Assembly: GCA_049453775.1 (NCBI GenBank)
Contig: JBMTXT010000001.1
Span: forward strand, 1-62,376
Source of the DNA: Gemmatimonadaceae bacterium
GTDB lineage: Bacteria > Gemmatimonadota > Gemmatimonadetes > Gemmatimonadales > Gemmatimonadaceae
Direction of reading: 5' to 3'
Length of the DNA stretch: 62,376 nucleotides
In this document: piece by piece, positions 1-11,200 of the stretch
Layout: every line of letters begins with the position of its first letter
How positions within the stretch are numbered: the first letter of the stretch is position 1
Notes under the pieces: generated by a model
Databases searched by the model: none
What the model was told of the DNA's origin: nothing
Seen by the model: only the letters and a program-made list of their open reading frames with translations
Program-made: the position numbers and the translations under genes

Positions 1-621
1 GGCGCGCGCGACGTTGGTGAGGGTGGCGAGCTCGCCGGTGGCGAGGATCGCCTTCAGATGCGCGTCGCCACAGGCCTCGCGGAAGGCACGCACCTCGTCG
101 TCGAGCGCGGTCCAGTCCCCGGTGAGCACATGGGCCCGCGTGATCACGATATCGATCTCGCGCGCCCCCGCCGCGACCGAGGCGCGGATCTCGGCGAGCC
201 GCGTCTCGAAGGGAGAGAGCCCCGCGGGAAATCCCGTCGAGACCGCGGCGACGGGGATCCCGCTCCCCTCGAGGGCACGCACCGCGGTCTCGACCCACCG
301 GTGATAGACGCAGACCGCCCCGACGGTGATCCCGAGCGACCCGGCGCCCAAGGCGGCGAGGACCTCGTCGCGGACGGGACGGCGCGCCTTGGCGCAGAGC
401 CGTGTCACGTTCCCCGCCGTGTCGTCGCCGGAGAGCGTGGTGAGGTCCATCAGCGTGATCGCCTTGAGCAACCAGGCGGCCTGCCACTCCTTCTTGACGG
501 TGCGGCGCGTGGGGATCGTCGCCGCACGACGCTCCGCCGCACTCCGGTTCACGCGGATCGCCCGGACCCGCTCGAGATCGAGGGGCTGCCCTGTGTTCCG
601 TGGGAGCGTGGACGCGCTCAC
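1..621 (-). CDS. deoC: deoxyribose-phosphate aldolase, long-N-terminus type (3' end truncated by window edge)
   Basis: Hand translation (not in the ORF track): MSASTLPRNTGQPLDLERVRAIRVNRSAAERRAATIPTRRTVKKEWQAAWLLKAITLMDLTTLSGDDT...AVCVY...VSTGFPAG...GAREIDIVI...AHLKAILATGEL. GTG start at 621; frame stays open to position 1. Confidence 0.92.
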   Translation of the reverse strand, partial: MSASTLPRNTGQPLDLERVRAIRVNRSAAERRAATIPTRRTVKKEWQAAWLLKAITLMDLTTLSGDDTAGNVTRLCAKARRPVRDEVLAALGAGSLGITVGAVCVYHRWVETAVRALEGSGIPVAAVSTGFPAGLSPFETRLAEIRASVAAGAREIDIVITRAHVLTGDWTALDDEVRAFREACGDAHLKAILATGELATLTNVARA

Positions 622-655
622 CCAGCGATCCCTGCGGTCATCCGCCGCCGATCGA

Positions 656-1963
<1,308 letters not shown>

Positions 1964-1982
1964 CCTTGAAAGCTAGGGGGGA

Positions 1983-4076
1983 TCACCCGACGCGGAAGAG
2001 CTCCAACGCGCGGCCATAGCCCCGCCGGAGCACCTGCTTAATCCGCCGATGCTCGGGGCGTGCCAGATCAGGGTCCTCCTCCACCAGGCGGTCAGCGGCG
2101 GCCCGGGCTGAGTCGCTGAGGGCCTCGTCCTTGAGGGGGTCGGCGATCCGGAAGGTGGGGACCCCGCTCTGCCGCTCCCCGAAGAGGTCCCCCATCCCGC
2201 GGATGGCGAGATCGGCGCGAGCGATCTCGAAGCCATCCTCGCTCCGGACGATCACCTGGAGCCGCTCCGCCGACTCGGCGCCCACATCCCCCAGGAGGAT
2301 GCAGAACGACTCCGCAGCCCCGCGTCCTACCCGTCCTCGGAGCTGATGGAGCTGGGAGAGCCCGAACCGCTCCGGGTGCTCGACGACCATCACCGTCGCG
2401 TTTGGGACGTCGATCCCGACCTCGATCACCGTCGTGGCGACGAGGACGTCGATCGCGCCGTCGCGGAAACGGCGCATCACCTCGTCCTTCTCGTCGGCGG
2501 ACATCCGGCCATGGAGGAGCGCCATGCGGAGGCCCGCGAGGGCGCCCGCCGACAGCTCCTCATAGGCCGTGGTGGCGGCGGTCAGCGAGAGCTTCTCCGA
2601 CTCCTCGACCAAGGGGTAGACGATGTAGACCTGACGCCCCGCCTCCACCTGCACCCGCACGAAGGCCATCACCTTCGCCCGCGCCGACTCGGGGCGCATC
2701 GCGGTCGTCACCGGCTTCCGGCCTGGCGGTCGCTCATCGAGGAGACTCACATCCAGATCGCCGTACACCGTGAGCGCGAGGGAGCGCGGGATCGGGGTCG
2801 CCGACATCAGGAGGACGTCCGGCTTCTGCGGGCCCAGCCCCCGCTCTGCCAGCGCCCGGCGCTGATCCACCCCAAACCGATGTTGCTCGTCGATGATCGC
2901 GAGGCCGAGCGAGCGAAAGGTCGTCTTCTCCTGGACGAGCGCGTGGGTCCCGACCACGAGACAGGGTTCCCCGCCCGCCATCCGCGTCGCGGCGAGCCGA
3001 CGCTCGGCCGCGCTCCGGCTCCCGGTCAGCAACACGGGAACGATCCCCAGCGGCGCGAGGAGCCGGTCGATCGTCCGCGCATGCTGTTCCGCCAGCAGCT
3101 CGGTCGGCGCCATGAAGGCGACCTGCTGGTCGTTCTCCATCGCGAGCAAGGCGGCGAAGAGGGCGACGACGGTCTTCCCCGCCCCCACGTCGCCCTGCAG
3201 CAGCCGATGCATCCGCGTCGCGTCGCACATGTCGGCGACGATCTCTCGGATGCTCCGCACCTGCGCCTTGGTGAGCGTGAAGGGGAGCACCTCACGGAAC
3301 CGCGCGGTGAGGGCCTTCTTGTTCACGAAGCGGATCCCGTCGCGCGCGGTCCGCGTGAGCTGCCGCGCCTTGCGGTGCAACAGGTGCACGCAGAGCAGCT
3401 CCTCGAACGCCAGGCGCGCGCGTCCCTCGAGTGCCGCCGCCACCGATGCGGGCCGATGCACCGCGGCCAACGCCTCCCGCAGCGCGGGCACCCCCGCCGC
3501 CGCGAGCATCGGGGCCGGGAGATACTCCTCGACCAAGGGGAGCAGGGCGTCGAGATGCGCCTCGATCAACCCGCGGATCACCTTCACCGAGAGCCCCTCG
3601 GTGGCCCCGTACACCGAGAGCCCGCGTCCACCGGTCGTCCCCGCGGCGCCGGCGCCGAGGTTCACGAACTCGCGCGGCGCAAGCTGCCGCCCATGGAAGA
3701 AGCGCACCGGCCCACTGAGCAGGAGCACATCCTCCTTCTTGATCTGCCGATCGAGCCAGGGCTGCCCCGGCCACGCCACCTCGATCAGCCCTGACGCGTC
3801 CTGCACCACCGCCTGGAAGACGCGGAGCCCCCGCTTGGTGGGGAGGATCCCCGTACTGATCACCGTCCCGATCACCGTCGCGTCGTCGCCGACGCGCAGC
3901 GAGTGGATCGCGCGGACGGTGGTCGCATCCTCGTAGCGATGCGGGATATGCCAGAGCAGATCCCCCGCCGTGAAGATGTTGAGTCGCTTCAGGAGCTCGG
4001 CGCGCCGCGGGCCGACCCCGGTCAGATAGGTGACCGGCGTCTCGAGCGTCAGACGTGCCGGCGGCCGGGGGCTCAC
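1983..4076 (-). CDS. recG: ATP-dependent DNA helicase RecG
   Basis: Wedge domain, LLQGDVGAGKT, DEQHRFG, SATPIPR, ATTVIEVGIDVPNAT, QLHQLRGRVGRG. Confidence 0.97.
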   Translation of the reverse strand: MSPRPPARLTLETPVTYLTGVGPRRAELLKRLNIFTAGDLLWHIPHRYEDATTVRAIHSLRVGDDATVIGTVISTGILPTKRGLRVFQAVVQDASGLIEVAWPGQPWLDRQIKKEDVLLLSGPVRFFHGRQLAPREFVNLGAGAAGTTGGRGLSVYGATEGLSVKVIRGLIEAHLDALLPLVEEYLPAPMLAAAGVPALREALAAVHRPASVAAALEGRARLAFEELLCVHLLHRKARQLTRTARDGIRFVNKKALTARFREVLPFTLTKAQVRSIREIVADMCDATRMHRLLQGDVGAGKTVVALFAALLAMENDQQVAFMAPTELLAEQHARTIDRLLAPLGIVPVLLTGSRSAAERRLAATRMAGGEPCLVVGTHALVQEKTTFRSLGLAIIDEQHRFGVDQRRALAERGLGPQKPDVLLMSATPIPRSLALTVYGDLDVSLLDERPPGRKPVTTAMRPESARAKVMAFVRVQVEAGRQVYIVYPLVEESEKLSLTAATTAYEELSAGALAGLRMALLHGRMSADEKDEVMRRFRDGAIDVLVATTVIEVGIDVPNATVMVVEHPERFGLSQLHQLRGRVGRGAAESFCILLGDVGAESAERLQVIVRSEDGFEIARADLAIRGMGDLFGERQSGVPTFRIADPLKDEALSDSARAAADRLVEEDPDLARPEHRRIKQVLRRGYGRALELFRVG

Positions 4077-5005
4077 GCCTCGAGGAGTGCGCGCGAGAAG
4101 GCGGTGGGGTCAAAGGGCTGCAGGTCGGCGGCCTGTTCCCCCGTCCCGAGGAACTTCACCGGGACATCGATCGCCTCATGCACCGCGACGACCACCCCCC
4201 CGCGCGCCGTCCCGTCGAGCTTCGTCACCACGAGTCCCGTGACCGGCACCGCAGCGGAGAAGAGCTTCGCCTGCTGCACCGCGTTCTGTCCCACCGTCCC
4301 ATCGAGCACGAGGAGCGCCTCGTGCGGCGCCCCCGGCAACCGCTTCTCGACCACGCGCTGCACCTTCTTGAGCTCGTCCATCAGCGCCCCGCTCGTATGG
4401 AGCCGCCCCGCGGTGTCGATGATCACGACATCGACCCCGCGCGCGACGCCGGCATCGATCGCCTGAAAGGCGACCGCCGCGGGATCCCCACCGGGCGCCC
4501 CCCCGACGAACGCCGCGCCGGTCCGCTCGGCCCAGACCCTGAGCTGATCGATCGCCCCGGCCCGGAAGGTGTCCCCCGCCCCGAGCAGGACGCGCTTCCC
4601 CTCAGCCTGCAGGCGTGCGGCCAACTTCCCGATGAAGGTGGTCTTCCCTGCCCCGTTCACGCCGAGGACGAGGATCACAGCGGGACGCTCGGTCGGCAGA
4701 TGGAGCGCGGGGTCGTGACGGCCGGCGCGGAGGGCACCCTCGATCTCGAGGCGCAGCGCGGCGAGGAACTGGTCATCCGTCGTGATCGTCCCGCGGCTCG
4801 CCTGCTGCCGGATCGCGTCGACCAGCCGCAGCGTCACCGGGACGCCGAAGTCGGCCTCGAGGAGCATCTGCTCGACCCGCTCGAGGGAGCCCTCATCCAC
4901 CCCACCCCGGACGAGGACCGCCACGTCGGTGAGCGCGATCGCCTTGATCCGCTCCCAGAGCGACTTCTTCGGGAGGTCGCCGGACTTCTTCGAGAGGAAC
5001 GCCAT
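4073..5005 (-). CDS. ftsY: SRP receptor FtsY (short form, no acidic N-domain)
   Basis: GVNGAGKTT, GDTFRAGA, DTAGRL, TKLDGTARGG. Start moved to ATG 5005 (MAFLSKK) because the longer ORF overlaps the upstream gene. Confidence 0.95.
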   Translation of the reverse strand: MAFLSKKSGDLPKKSLWERIKAIALTDVAVLVRGGVDEGSLERVEQMLLEADFGVPVTLRLVDAIRQQASRGTITTDDQFLAALRLEIEGALRAGRHDPALHLPTERPAVILVLGVNGAGKTTFIGKLAARLQAEGKRVLLGAGDTFRAGAIDQLRVWAERTGAAFVGGAPGGDPAAVAFQAIDAGVARGVDVVIIDTAGRLHTSGALMDELKKVQRVVEKRLPGAPHEALLVLDGTVGQNAVQQAKLFSAAVPVTGLVVTKLDGTARGGVVVAVHEAIDVPVKFLGTGEQAADLQPFDPTAFSRALLEA

Positions 5006-5021
5006 AGGGTGAAACGTAGCG

Positions 5022-6641
5022 TCAGCGGAGCCCGCGTCGACGCCGGAGCCCCCACTCGAGGGAAAGGGCCGCGAGGGCGAGGGCGACGAGCCCCCACTGC
5101 CCACGAGCACCGAGTGGCCGGCCCACGACCGTGCCGCTGCCCACGGCCCCCCCCGACACGGTCGGCGCCCGCGGGCGCTGTTCCGCGCGCCGCGCACGCG
5201 CACGCGCCACCACCGACGCCGGCGTATCGTCGGCATCGGTCGCCAGCCCCGGTGCGGCGCCGACCCAATCGATCAACGCTCCGAACAACGCATCGTAGGA
5301 CGCCGCGCCGCGCCCGCCGCGGGACTTCCATCGCCAGAAGCCGGCAGCCGGAATGCGCACCACGCGCTGGCCGGTCGCGTCGCGCGCCATCACGCGGACC
5401 GCCGCGCGCGATTCGAACCGCCGGCCCCGGCGGGTCTCGACCACCGTCGCCTCGGCGGCGTCGGCGCGGGTCGGCGCCACATCGAGCGGGGGAAGTGAAT
5501 CCCAGGGGAGCGCGCTCAGCGCATCGGAGAGTGGGGAGGGCGATGATGGCACCACCGGGTAATACTCATCGCCTGCGGGGGGTGGGCTCATCAGGAGGAG
5601 GCCGGCGGCCCGGAGGGCGTCGGGCGCACCAAGGACGGCGGTGTCCCCATGCAGGAGGAGGAGCGAGGCGTCACCCGCCGCGCGTCGGACCACGCCCTCC
5701 TCCACGGGAGCCATGCTACCATCGACGCGCCAGACCCCTGGCGCCACCTGCCAATAGGCGCGCACCGGGCCGCGGCGCACCGCGCGCAGCGCCGCGACGG
5801 CGAAGCGCGCATCCTGATCGGGCGCGGTCGAGAGCACGACCGCGGCGGCGCCCCCGGTGATCCGGATCGACTGCACCAGGGTGTCCTCGACGGTCGCCGC
5901 GTCGCGAAGGGAGCCGGTGAGACGCACGGCGGCGGCCCCCACGGGCAACGGGACCGGGATGCCGAGGAGGCGCGTCTCGTAGGGCCCCATCGCCTCGATG
6001 GCGCGGCGCACGATCGTCTCGCCATCTCGCGCCAGGGTGAGCTCCTGCGCGGGGGCGCCGTCCGCATCGGCGGTGACCGTCACCTCGGCGACGATCGTGT
6101 CCCCTGCCGGGGCCGCCGCCGGGGCCTCGAGCGCGGTGAGGACCGCGGCCGCCCGCGGCGGAAGATCGATGCGATGGATGGTGGAGCCGATCGGCAGACG
6201 CGCGACCCACTCGGCATCGTCGAGCCGACCATCGGTCACGACGTGCACCGGACGGCCCGTGGCCAGCGCCCATTCGACCACCGGTCGGATCCGGGATCCC
6301 ACATCGGTCGGCTGATCGGGGAGCGGGGCGATGCGCACCGAATCGCCGAAGAGGCGCACCGCCTCGGTACGCCCCGGATCGAGTGAGTCCACGAGGGCGC
6401 GGGCGGCCCGCCACGCGGACGCATCGCCACCGACGATCCAACTCGCCGAGACATCCAGCGCGACCGCAGGACGCGGCGGGACCGCACGGCGGAGCGGGGC
6501 GTCGAGGAGGACGGCCACCACCGCGGTGATGGCGATCCATCGCAAGAGGAGGAGCGCGACCATCGCGCGGGACCCGGCGCGACGATAGAGCAGCCACGTC
6601 ACCCCTCCACCGAGGAGTACCGCGAGCCCCCATCTGATCAT
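5022..6641 (-). CDS. membrane protein with a degenerate vWA-like domain, function unknown
   Basis: Two N-terminal TM segments, MIDAS-like DVSAS and VTDG, GFWRW, C-terminal TM followed by LEWGLRRRRG. Confidence 0.65.
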   Translation of the reverse strand: MIRWGLAVLLGGGVTWLLYRRAGSRAMVALLLLRWIAITAVVAVLLDAPLRRAVPPRPAVALDVSASWIVGGDASAWRAARALVDSLDPGRTEAVRLFGDSVRIAPLPDQPTDVGSRIRPVVEWALATGRPVHVVTDGRLDDAEWVARLPIGSTIHRIDLPPRAAAVLTALEAPAAAPAGDTIVAEVTVTADADGAPAQELTLARDGETIVRRAIEAMGPYETRLLGIPVPLPVGAAAVRLTGSLRDAATVEDTLVQSIRITGGAAAVVLSTAPDQDARFAVAALRAVRRGPVRAYWQVAPGVWRVDGSMAPVEEGVVRRAAGDASLLLLHGDTAVLGAPDALRAAGLLLMSPPPAGDEYYPVVPSSPSPLSDALSALPWDSLPPLDVAPTRADAAEATVVETRRGRRFESRAAVRVMARDATGQRVVRIPAAGFWRWKSRGGRGAASYDALFGALIDWVGAAPGLATDADDTPASVVARARARRAEQRPRAPTVSGGAVGSGTVVGRPLGARGQWGLVALALAALSLEWGLRRRRGLR

Positions 6642-6672
6642 CGGTAGGTCGCCTCCGCCGGGGTGCGCCAGC

Positions 6673-7923
6673 TCAGTTGGTCACGGCCGCACGGACGAGC
6701 CCGGAGGGCCCCTCGAGTGCCTGCTGTGCCACTCGCCGGGCCGACCCGAACCGATCGAGGTCGGCGCCGCGCAACGCAGGACCTGCCGCCGACGTCAGCG
6801 CCGTCCGCGGGTCGCGATGCGCCCCGCGTACCAGCACCTCGAAGTGGAGGTGCGGCCCCGTCGAGAGCCCCGTCGATCCCACATACCCGATGGTCTGGCC
6901 GATCGAGACGCGCGCGCCCGACCGGATCGCGGGCCCGAACCCGCGCAGATGGGCATAGCGCGTCACGAAGCCATTGCTGTGCCGCACCTCGACGACGTTG
7001 CCATACCCGCCACGGCGTCCGGCGAAGGTGACGACCCCATCGCCGATCGTCCGGACCGGTGTCCCCGAGGGGGCGGAGTAGTCGAGCCCTTTGTGCGCGC
7101 GCCAGGTGCCAAGCACGGGGTGCCGACGGCCGCCGAACCCGCTCGACATCCGCCGGAAGGAGAGGGGGGCACGGAGGAAGGTCGCGGCGAGGGAGCGCCC
7201 CTCCTGATCGTAGTACCGACTCCGCCCCGACGTCCCCTCGAGGCGGATCGCCTGCACCTCCCGCCCCCCGCGCTCCAGCCCGGCGGCCAGCACCCGCCCG
7301 ATCCGGGAGGCCCCCGTCTGGAGCGATTCGCGCTCGACGAGGACCCGGAGGCGATCGCCCCGCTGGAGGTCCCGCGACATGTCGACGCGATACTCGTAGA
7401 TGTCGGCGACGGTCCAGGCGAGGTCCTGGCGCGCGCTCCCGGAAAGCCAGTCGGCGGCGCCCTCGTCGATGGCGGCGTAGAGGGAGCTCTGGACCGTGCC
7501 ACGGATCAGCACCGTGTCGGTCGTCCACGGCAGGCGCTCATCCCTGGCGGTCCACCTCCCGCCCGCGTCTCGGCGGACCACGATGGTGCGATCCAGCCCG
7601 AGGAAGAACCGGACCTCATTCCCGGGGGATCCGGCGGAGTCGCCACTCACCTCGATCGCCATCCCGGCACGGAGGCGACGCGAATCGAGCGGGGTCGCCT
7701 CGAGGATGTTCGCAGCCTCGAGGGGATCGAAGCCGCGTCGTCGCAGGAGCGTCGTCAGGGTCTCACCCCGCTCGAGGGTGTCGGCACGCGACCAGCGCCG
7801 CACGAGGGTGGGATCGAGGAGCTCGCCCGGCCGTCCGACGCGGGGGGCTGGCAAACGAAGTGCGGCAATCGCGAGCGCCGCGACCACCGCACCGAGGAGG
7901 AGACGCCCTGCGCGAGGCGTCAA
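6673..7923 (-). CDS. M23 family peptidoglycan DD-metalloendopeptidase (MepM/Csd3-like)
   Basis: N-terminal TM, LysM-like segment, HKGLD (HxxxD), [13 protein letters not shown] (HxH). TTG start overlaps the ftsZ stop. Confidence 0.9.
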   Translation of the reverse strand: MTPRAGRLLLGAVVAALAIAALRLPAPRVGRPGELLDPTLVRRWSRADTLERGETLTTLLRRRGFDPLEAANILEATPLDSRRLRAGMAIEVSGDSAGSPGNEVRFFLGLDRTIVVRRDAGGRWTARDERLPWTTDTVLIRGTVQSSLYAAIDEGAADWLSGSARQDLAWTVADIYEYRVDMSRDLQRGDRLRVLVERESLQTGASRIGRVLAAGLERGGREVQAIRLEGTSGRSRYYDQEGRSLAATFLRAPLSFRRMSSGFGGRRHPVLGTWRAHKGLDYSAPSGTPVRTIGDGVVTFAGRRGGYGNVVEVRHSNGFVTRYAHLRGFGPAIRSGARVSIGQTIGYVGSTGLSTGPHLHFEVLVRGAHRDPRTALTSAAGPALRGADLDRFGSARRVAQQALEGPSGLVRAAVTN

Positions 7924-9101
7924 TCCATCTGCCTCCGAATGAACGTCGGGATCTCCATATCCCCGAGGTCCTCGAGCGGGATGGCGGCCGGACGCGGGCG
8001 CGCCACCGGCACGGCGTTGCCGGTGGGGTGCGGCGCCGCGGCGGCGGGAGCCGGCGTCTGCCGCGCGGCCCGGATGGCGGGATCGATCGGGATGACCGGC
8101 GTCGACACGGCGCGACCGATCAGCGCCGCCCCCGTGACCTTCCGATCGAACCCGGTGGCGATGACCGTGACGCGCACCTCGCCCTGCATCGCCGGCTCGT
8201 GCACCGCGCCGAAGATGATCTCACTCTCCTCGCCCACCGCCTCCTTCACGATGTCCGAGATCGTCGTGACCTCGCCGAGGGTGAGCTCCACGCCCCCGGT
8301 GATGTTGATGAGCACGCCGCGTGCGCCCGCGATCGAGACGTTGTCGAGGAGGGGCGAATCGATCGCCATGCGCGCGGCATCGACCGCGCGGTTCTCCCCG
8401 CGCCCAATCCCCGTGCCCATGATCGCCGATCCCCCGTCCTTCATGACGGTGCGGACGTCGGCGAAGTCGACGTTCACCACGCCGGCCTTGGTGATGATGC
8501 TCGAGATCCCGCCCGTGGCCTGCAGCAGCACCTCATCGGCCTTCTTCAGCGCATCCTGGAACGGGATCCCCTTCCCCACGACGGCGAGGAGCCGCTCGTT
8601 CGGGACGACGATCAGCGTGTCCACATGCTTCGCCATCTCGGCGATCCCCTCGTCCGCCTGCCGCATCCGCTTGCGCCCCTCGAAGAGGAAGGGCTTGGTC
8701 ACGATGCCGACGGTGAGCGCCCCCGCCTCCTTGGCGATCTCGCAGATGATCGGGGCGGCCCCGGTGCCGGTGCCACCGCCCATCCCGCAGGTCACGAAGA
8801 CGAGGTCCGACCCGGTGAGGGCCCGCGCCACCTCATCGCGGTTCTCCTCGATCGCCTGGCGCCCGATCTCCGGCCGGGCGCCGGCCCCGAGACCGCGCGT
8901 GAGCTTCTTGCCGATCTGGACCTTCACATCCGATTTGGAGTTGATCAGCGCCTGCGCATCGGTGTTGACCGAGATGAACTCGACGCCATCGAGCTGCTCC
9001 TCGATCATGCGGTTGACGGCGTTGCCGCCACCCCCGCCGACGCCCACGACCTTCATGCGGGCGTTCTGTGCGGCGTGATCCTCGAGCTCGAAGATGTTCA
9101 T
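7920..9101 (-). CDS. ftsZ: cell division protein FtsZ
   Basis: [22 protein letters not shown] tubulin signature, NVDFAD, C-terminal EIPTFIRRQ. Confidence 0.99.
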   Translation of the reverse strand: MNIFELEDHAAQNARMKVVGVGGGGGNAVNRMIEEQLDGVEFISVNTDAQALINSKSDVKVQIGKKLTRGLGAGARPEIGRQAIEENRDEVARALTGSDLVFVTCGMGGGTGTGAAPIICEIAKEAGALTVGIVTKPFLFEGRKRMRQADEGIAEMAKHVDTLIVVPNERLLAVVGKGIPFQDALKKADEVLLQATGGISSIITKAGVVNVDFADVRTVMKDGGSAIMGTGIGRGENRAVDAARMAIDSPLLDNVSIAGARGVLINITGGVELTLGEVTTISDIVKEAVGEESEIIFGAVHEPAMQGEVRVTVIATGFDRKVTGAALIGRAVSTPVIPIDPAIRAARQTPAPAAAAPHPTGNAVPVARPRPAAIPLEDLGDMEIPTFIRRQMD

Positions 9102-9152
9102 GGCGCGGCGGACTCCATCGGAGGGGGCGTGGACCTGCGGCGGCGACGGCGG

Positions 9153-9181
9153 AATATAACGTGACCGCCGGCGCCGGTCAT
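9153..9181 (-). promoter_or_regulatory. putative internal sigma70 promoter for ftsZ (ATGACC-N17-TATATT)
   Basis: Lies in the 117-bp ftsA-ftsZ spacer with 17-nt spacing; overlaps a TGACCG-N7-CGGTCA inverted repeat (9162-9180). Confidence 0.5.
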
Positions 9182-9218
9182 ATCCCGAAGACGACCGACC
9201 CCCCGCGATGGAAACGGT

Positions 9219-10484
9219 CTAGAAGAAGTCCTGCAGCCAGGTCTTGACCTTGCCGGCGAACTGGTCCATCGACGGGGTCGCGGGGAGCCCGAGACGCCGC
9301 CCCCCCTTGGTGGCGGTCGCCCCCATCGCGACGCGATGTGCCCCGTATTGGACGAGCCCCGTCACCGTCGCGAAGCGCGGCGATTGCACCGCATCGGCGA
9401 GCCCGCCAAGGGACTCGCCGGGGACGCCGAGCCGCGCGCCGGTCCCGAACACATCGCTGGCGAGATCGGCCGTGCCCGGCTGCGCCGCGGCGCCTCCCGT
9501 CACCACCACACCGGCCGCGAGCTTGGGGAGGAGCCCCGCCCCTTCCACATCCCGGAGCACGAACTCGAAGATCTCCTGCGTGCGCTGATGGATGATGTGG
9601 GCCAGCAGGGACCGCGGGATCTCGCGCTCCCCCTGCGCCCCGGTGCTCGGCAGCCGCAGCCGCTCGTCGTGGGGCACGAGCGGCTCGAACGCGGCGCCAT
9701 AGGTCGCCTTCAACTGCTCGGCATCGGCCTGGGTGACGCCAAGGCCATGCACGATGTCGCTGGTGACGTTCATCCCGCCGTAGGGGATCGTCCCGAGATG
9801 GCGGATCTTCCCCTCGTGGAACACCGCGACGTCGGTGGTACCGGCGCCGAGTTCGATGAGGGCGACCCCGAGCTCCTTCTCATCGTCGGTCAGCACGGCG
9901 AGCGCACTGGCGAGCGGCTCGAGGACGAGCTCCCCGACCCGATACCCGGCGCGCTCCACCGCCTTGCGGAGGTTCATCGCCGGCGAGGCGCCGATGGTGA
10001 CGAGATACATCTCGGTCTCGAGCCGCGTGCCGATCATCCCGATCGGATCGCGGATGCCGAAGCTCTTGTCGACGGTGTACTCCTGCGGGATCGCATGGAT
10101 GAGCTCCCGGTCCTGCGGGATGCTCTGCGCCCGGGCCACCGCATTCGCGCGGTCGACGTCGGCCTTGGTGATCTCCGCGCCGGTGATCGAGGCGATCCCC
10201 GAGGAGGTCATCGCCTGCATGTGCTCGCCGGCGATCCCAGCGTAGACCGTCTCGACCTTCGCCCCAGCCATCCGCTCGGCGTCCTGCAGCGCCTTCGCGA
10301 TCGACCGCTGCGTCTCCTCGATGTCCGCCACCACCCCTTTGCGGAGTCCCGTCGTGCGCGACTGCCCCACGCCCAGGATGTTCACCGTGGGGTGCTTGGG
10401 CAGATCCCCCACGACCTCCGCGATCACCGCGGTGGTCTTGGCGGATCCGATGTCGAGGCCGGCGACGAGACGATCAGGGTTCAT
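9219..10484 (-). CDS. ftsA: cell division protein FtsA
   Basis: GLDIGSAK, HAIPQEY, ELGAGTTD, GVVVTGG; immediately upstream of ftsZ. Confidence 0.97.
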   Translation of the reverse strand: MNPDRLVAGLDIGSAKTTAVIAEVVGDLPKHPTVNILGVGQSRTTGLRKGVVADIEETQRSIAKALQDAERMAGAKVETVYAGIAGEHMQAMTSSGIASITGAEITKADVDRANAVARAQSIPQDRELIHAIPQEYTVDKSFGIRDPIGMIGTRLETEMYLVTIGASPAMNLRKAVERAGYRVGELVLEPLASALAVLTDDEKELGVALIELGAGTTDVAVFHEGKIRHLGTIPYGGMNVTSDIVHGLGVTQADAEQLKATYGAAFEPLVPHDERLRLPSTGAQGEREIPRSLLAHIIHQRTQEIFEFVLRDVEGAGLLPKLAAGVVVTGGAAAQPGTADLASDVFGTGARLGVPGESLGGLADAVQSPRFATVTGLVQYGAHRVAMGATATKGGRRLGLPATPSMDQFAGKVKTWLQDFF

Positions 10485-11200
10485 GGTGTAGTCGAGAGTC
10501 GGGCCACCACCTGGTCGCGGTAGCGGAGATCGAGCTCCACCGCCGCACGCCCACGGGTGACGAGGTCCTGCTGCACGGCGAGCGCCTCGGCGAGACGCCC
10601 CAACGAGACATCCGCACCGGCGAGGAGGCGGACCGTGGCCAGGTCGAGCACCACCGCCCCCTCCGGTCCGCGACGGGCATCGCTCACCTGCGCCGCAAGC
10701 GCGGGGAGCGTCGTCTGCACCTCGCTCAACAACCGCAGGAGGAGCGTGTCGCGGGACGCCACTACGGGGAGATCGACATCGATGGCGGTGGGATCCACCG
10801 GCAAGGTTGCGCCCTCGGCATCGATGACGACCACCCCCGTCGGCGTGCTCACCAGCGCCACCGGCGGGCGTTCCGTCACCTGCACCACGAGCGTCCCGGG
10901 GAGCCGGCGCCGGATGCGCACCTCACGCACCTGCGGATGCTCCCGAACCCGCGCCACCAAGGGCGAGACGCCATCCCAGATCGAGGCGGTGGTGTCGACC
11001 CTCAACCTCGAAACGATTTCGTCGGGGGCCGCGTAACGCGTCCCCTCGATCACCACGCGTCGCACGCGGAAGAACTCCATGCGCCGGAGCCCCGCCCGGC
11101 CCCACCACGGGCTCGCGAGGAGGAGCGCGACGATCGTGCCCCGCCAGAGCCACCGGAGCCGCGGCCGCCACCGATCGCGCCAGCCGATCGTCTCGGTCAT
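10481..11200 (-). CDS. ftsQ: cell division protein FtsQ/DivIB
   Basis: N-terminal TM, POTRA domain (VRIRRRLPGTLVVQVTERPPVA), ELDLRY. ATG at 11200 overlaps the murC stop. Confidence 0.9.
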   Translation of the reverse strand: MTETIGWRDRWRPRLRWLWRGTIVALLLASPWWGRAGLRRMEFFRVRRVVIEGTRYAAPDEIVSRLRVDTTASIWDGVSPLVARVREHPQVREVRIRRRLPGTLVVQVTERPPVALVSTPTGVVVIDAEGATLPVDPTAIDVDLPVVASRDTLLLRLLSEVQTTLPALAAQVSDARRGPEGAVVLDLATVRLLAGADVSLGRLAEALAVQQDLVTRGRAAVELDLRYRDQVVARLSTTP

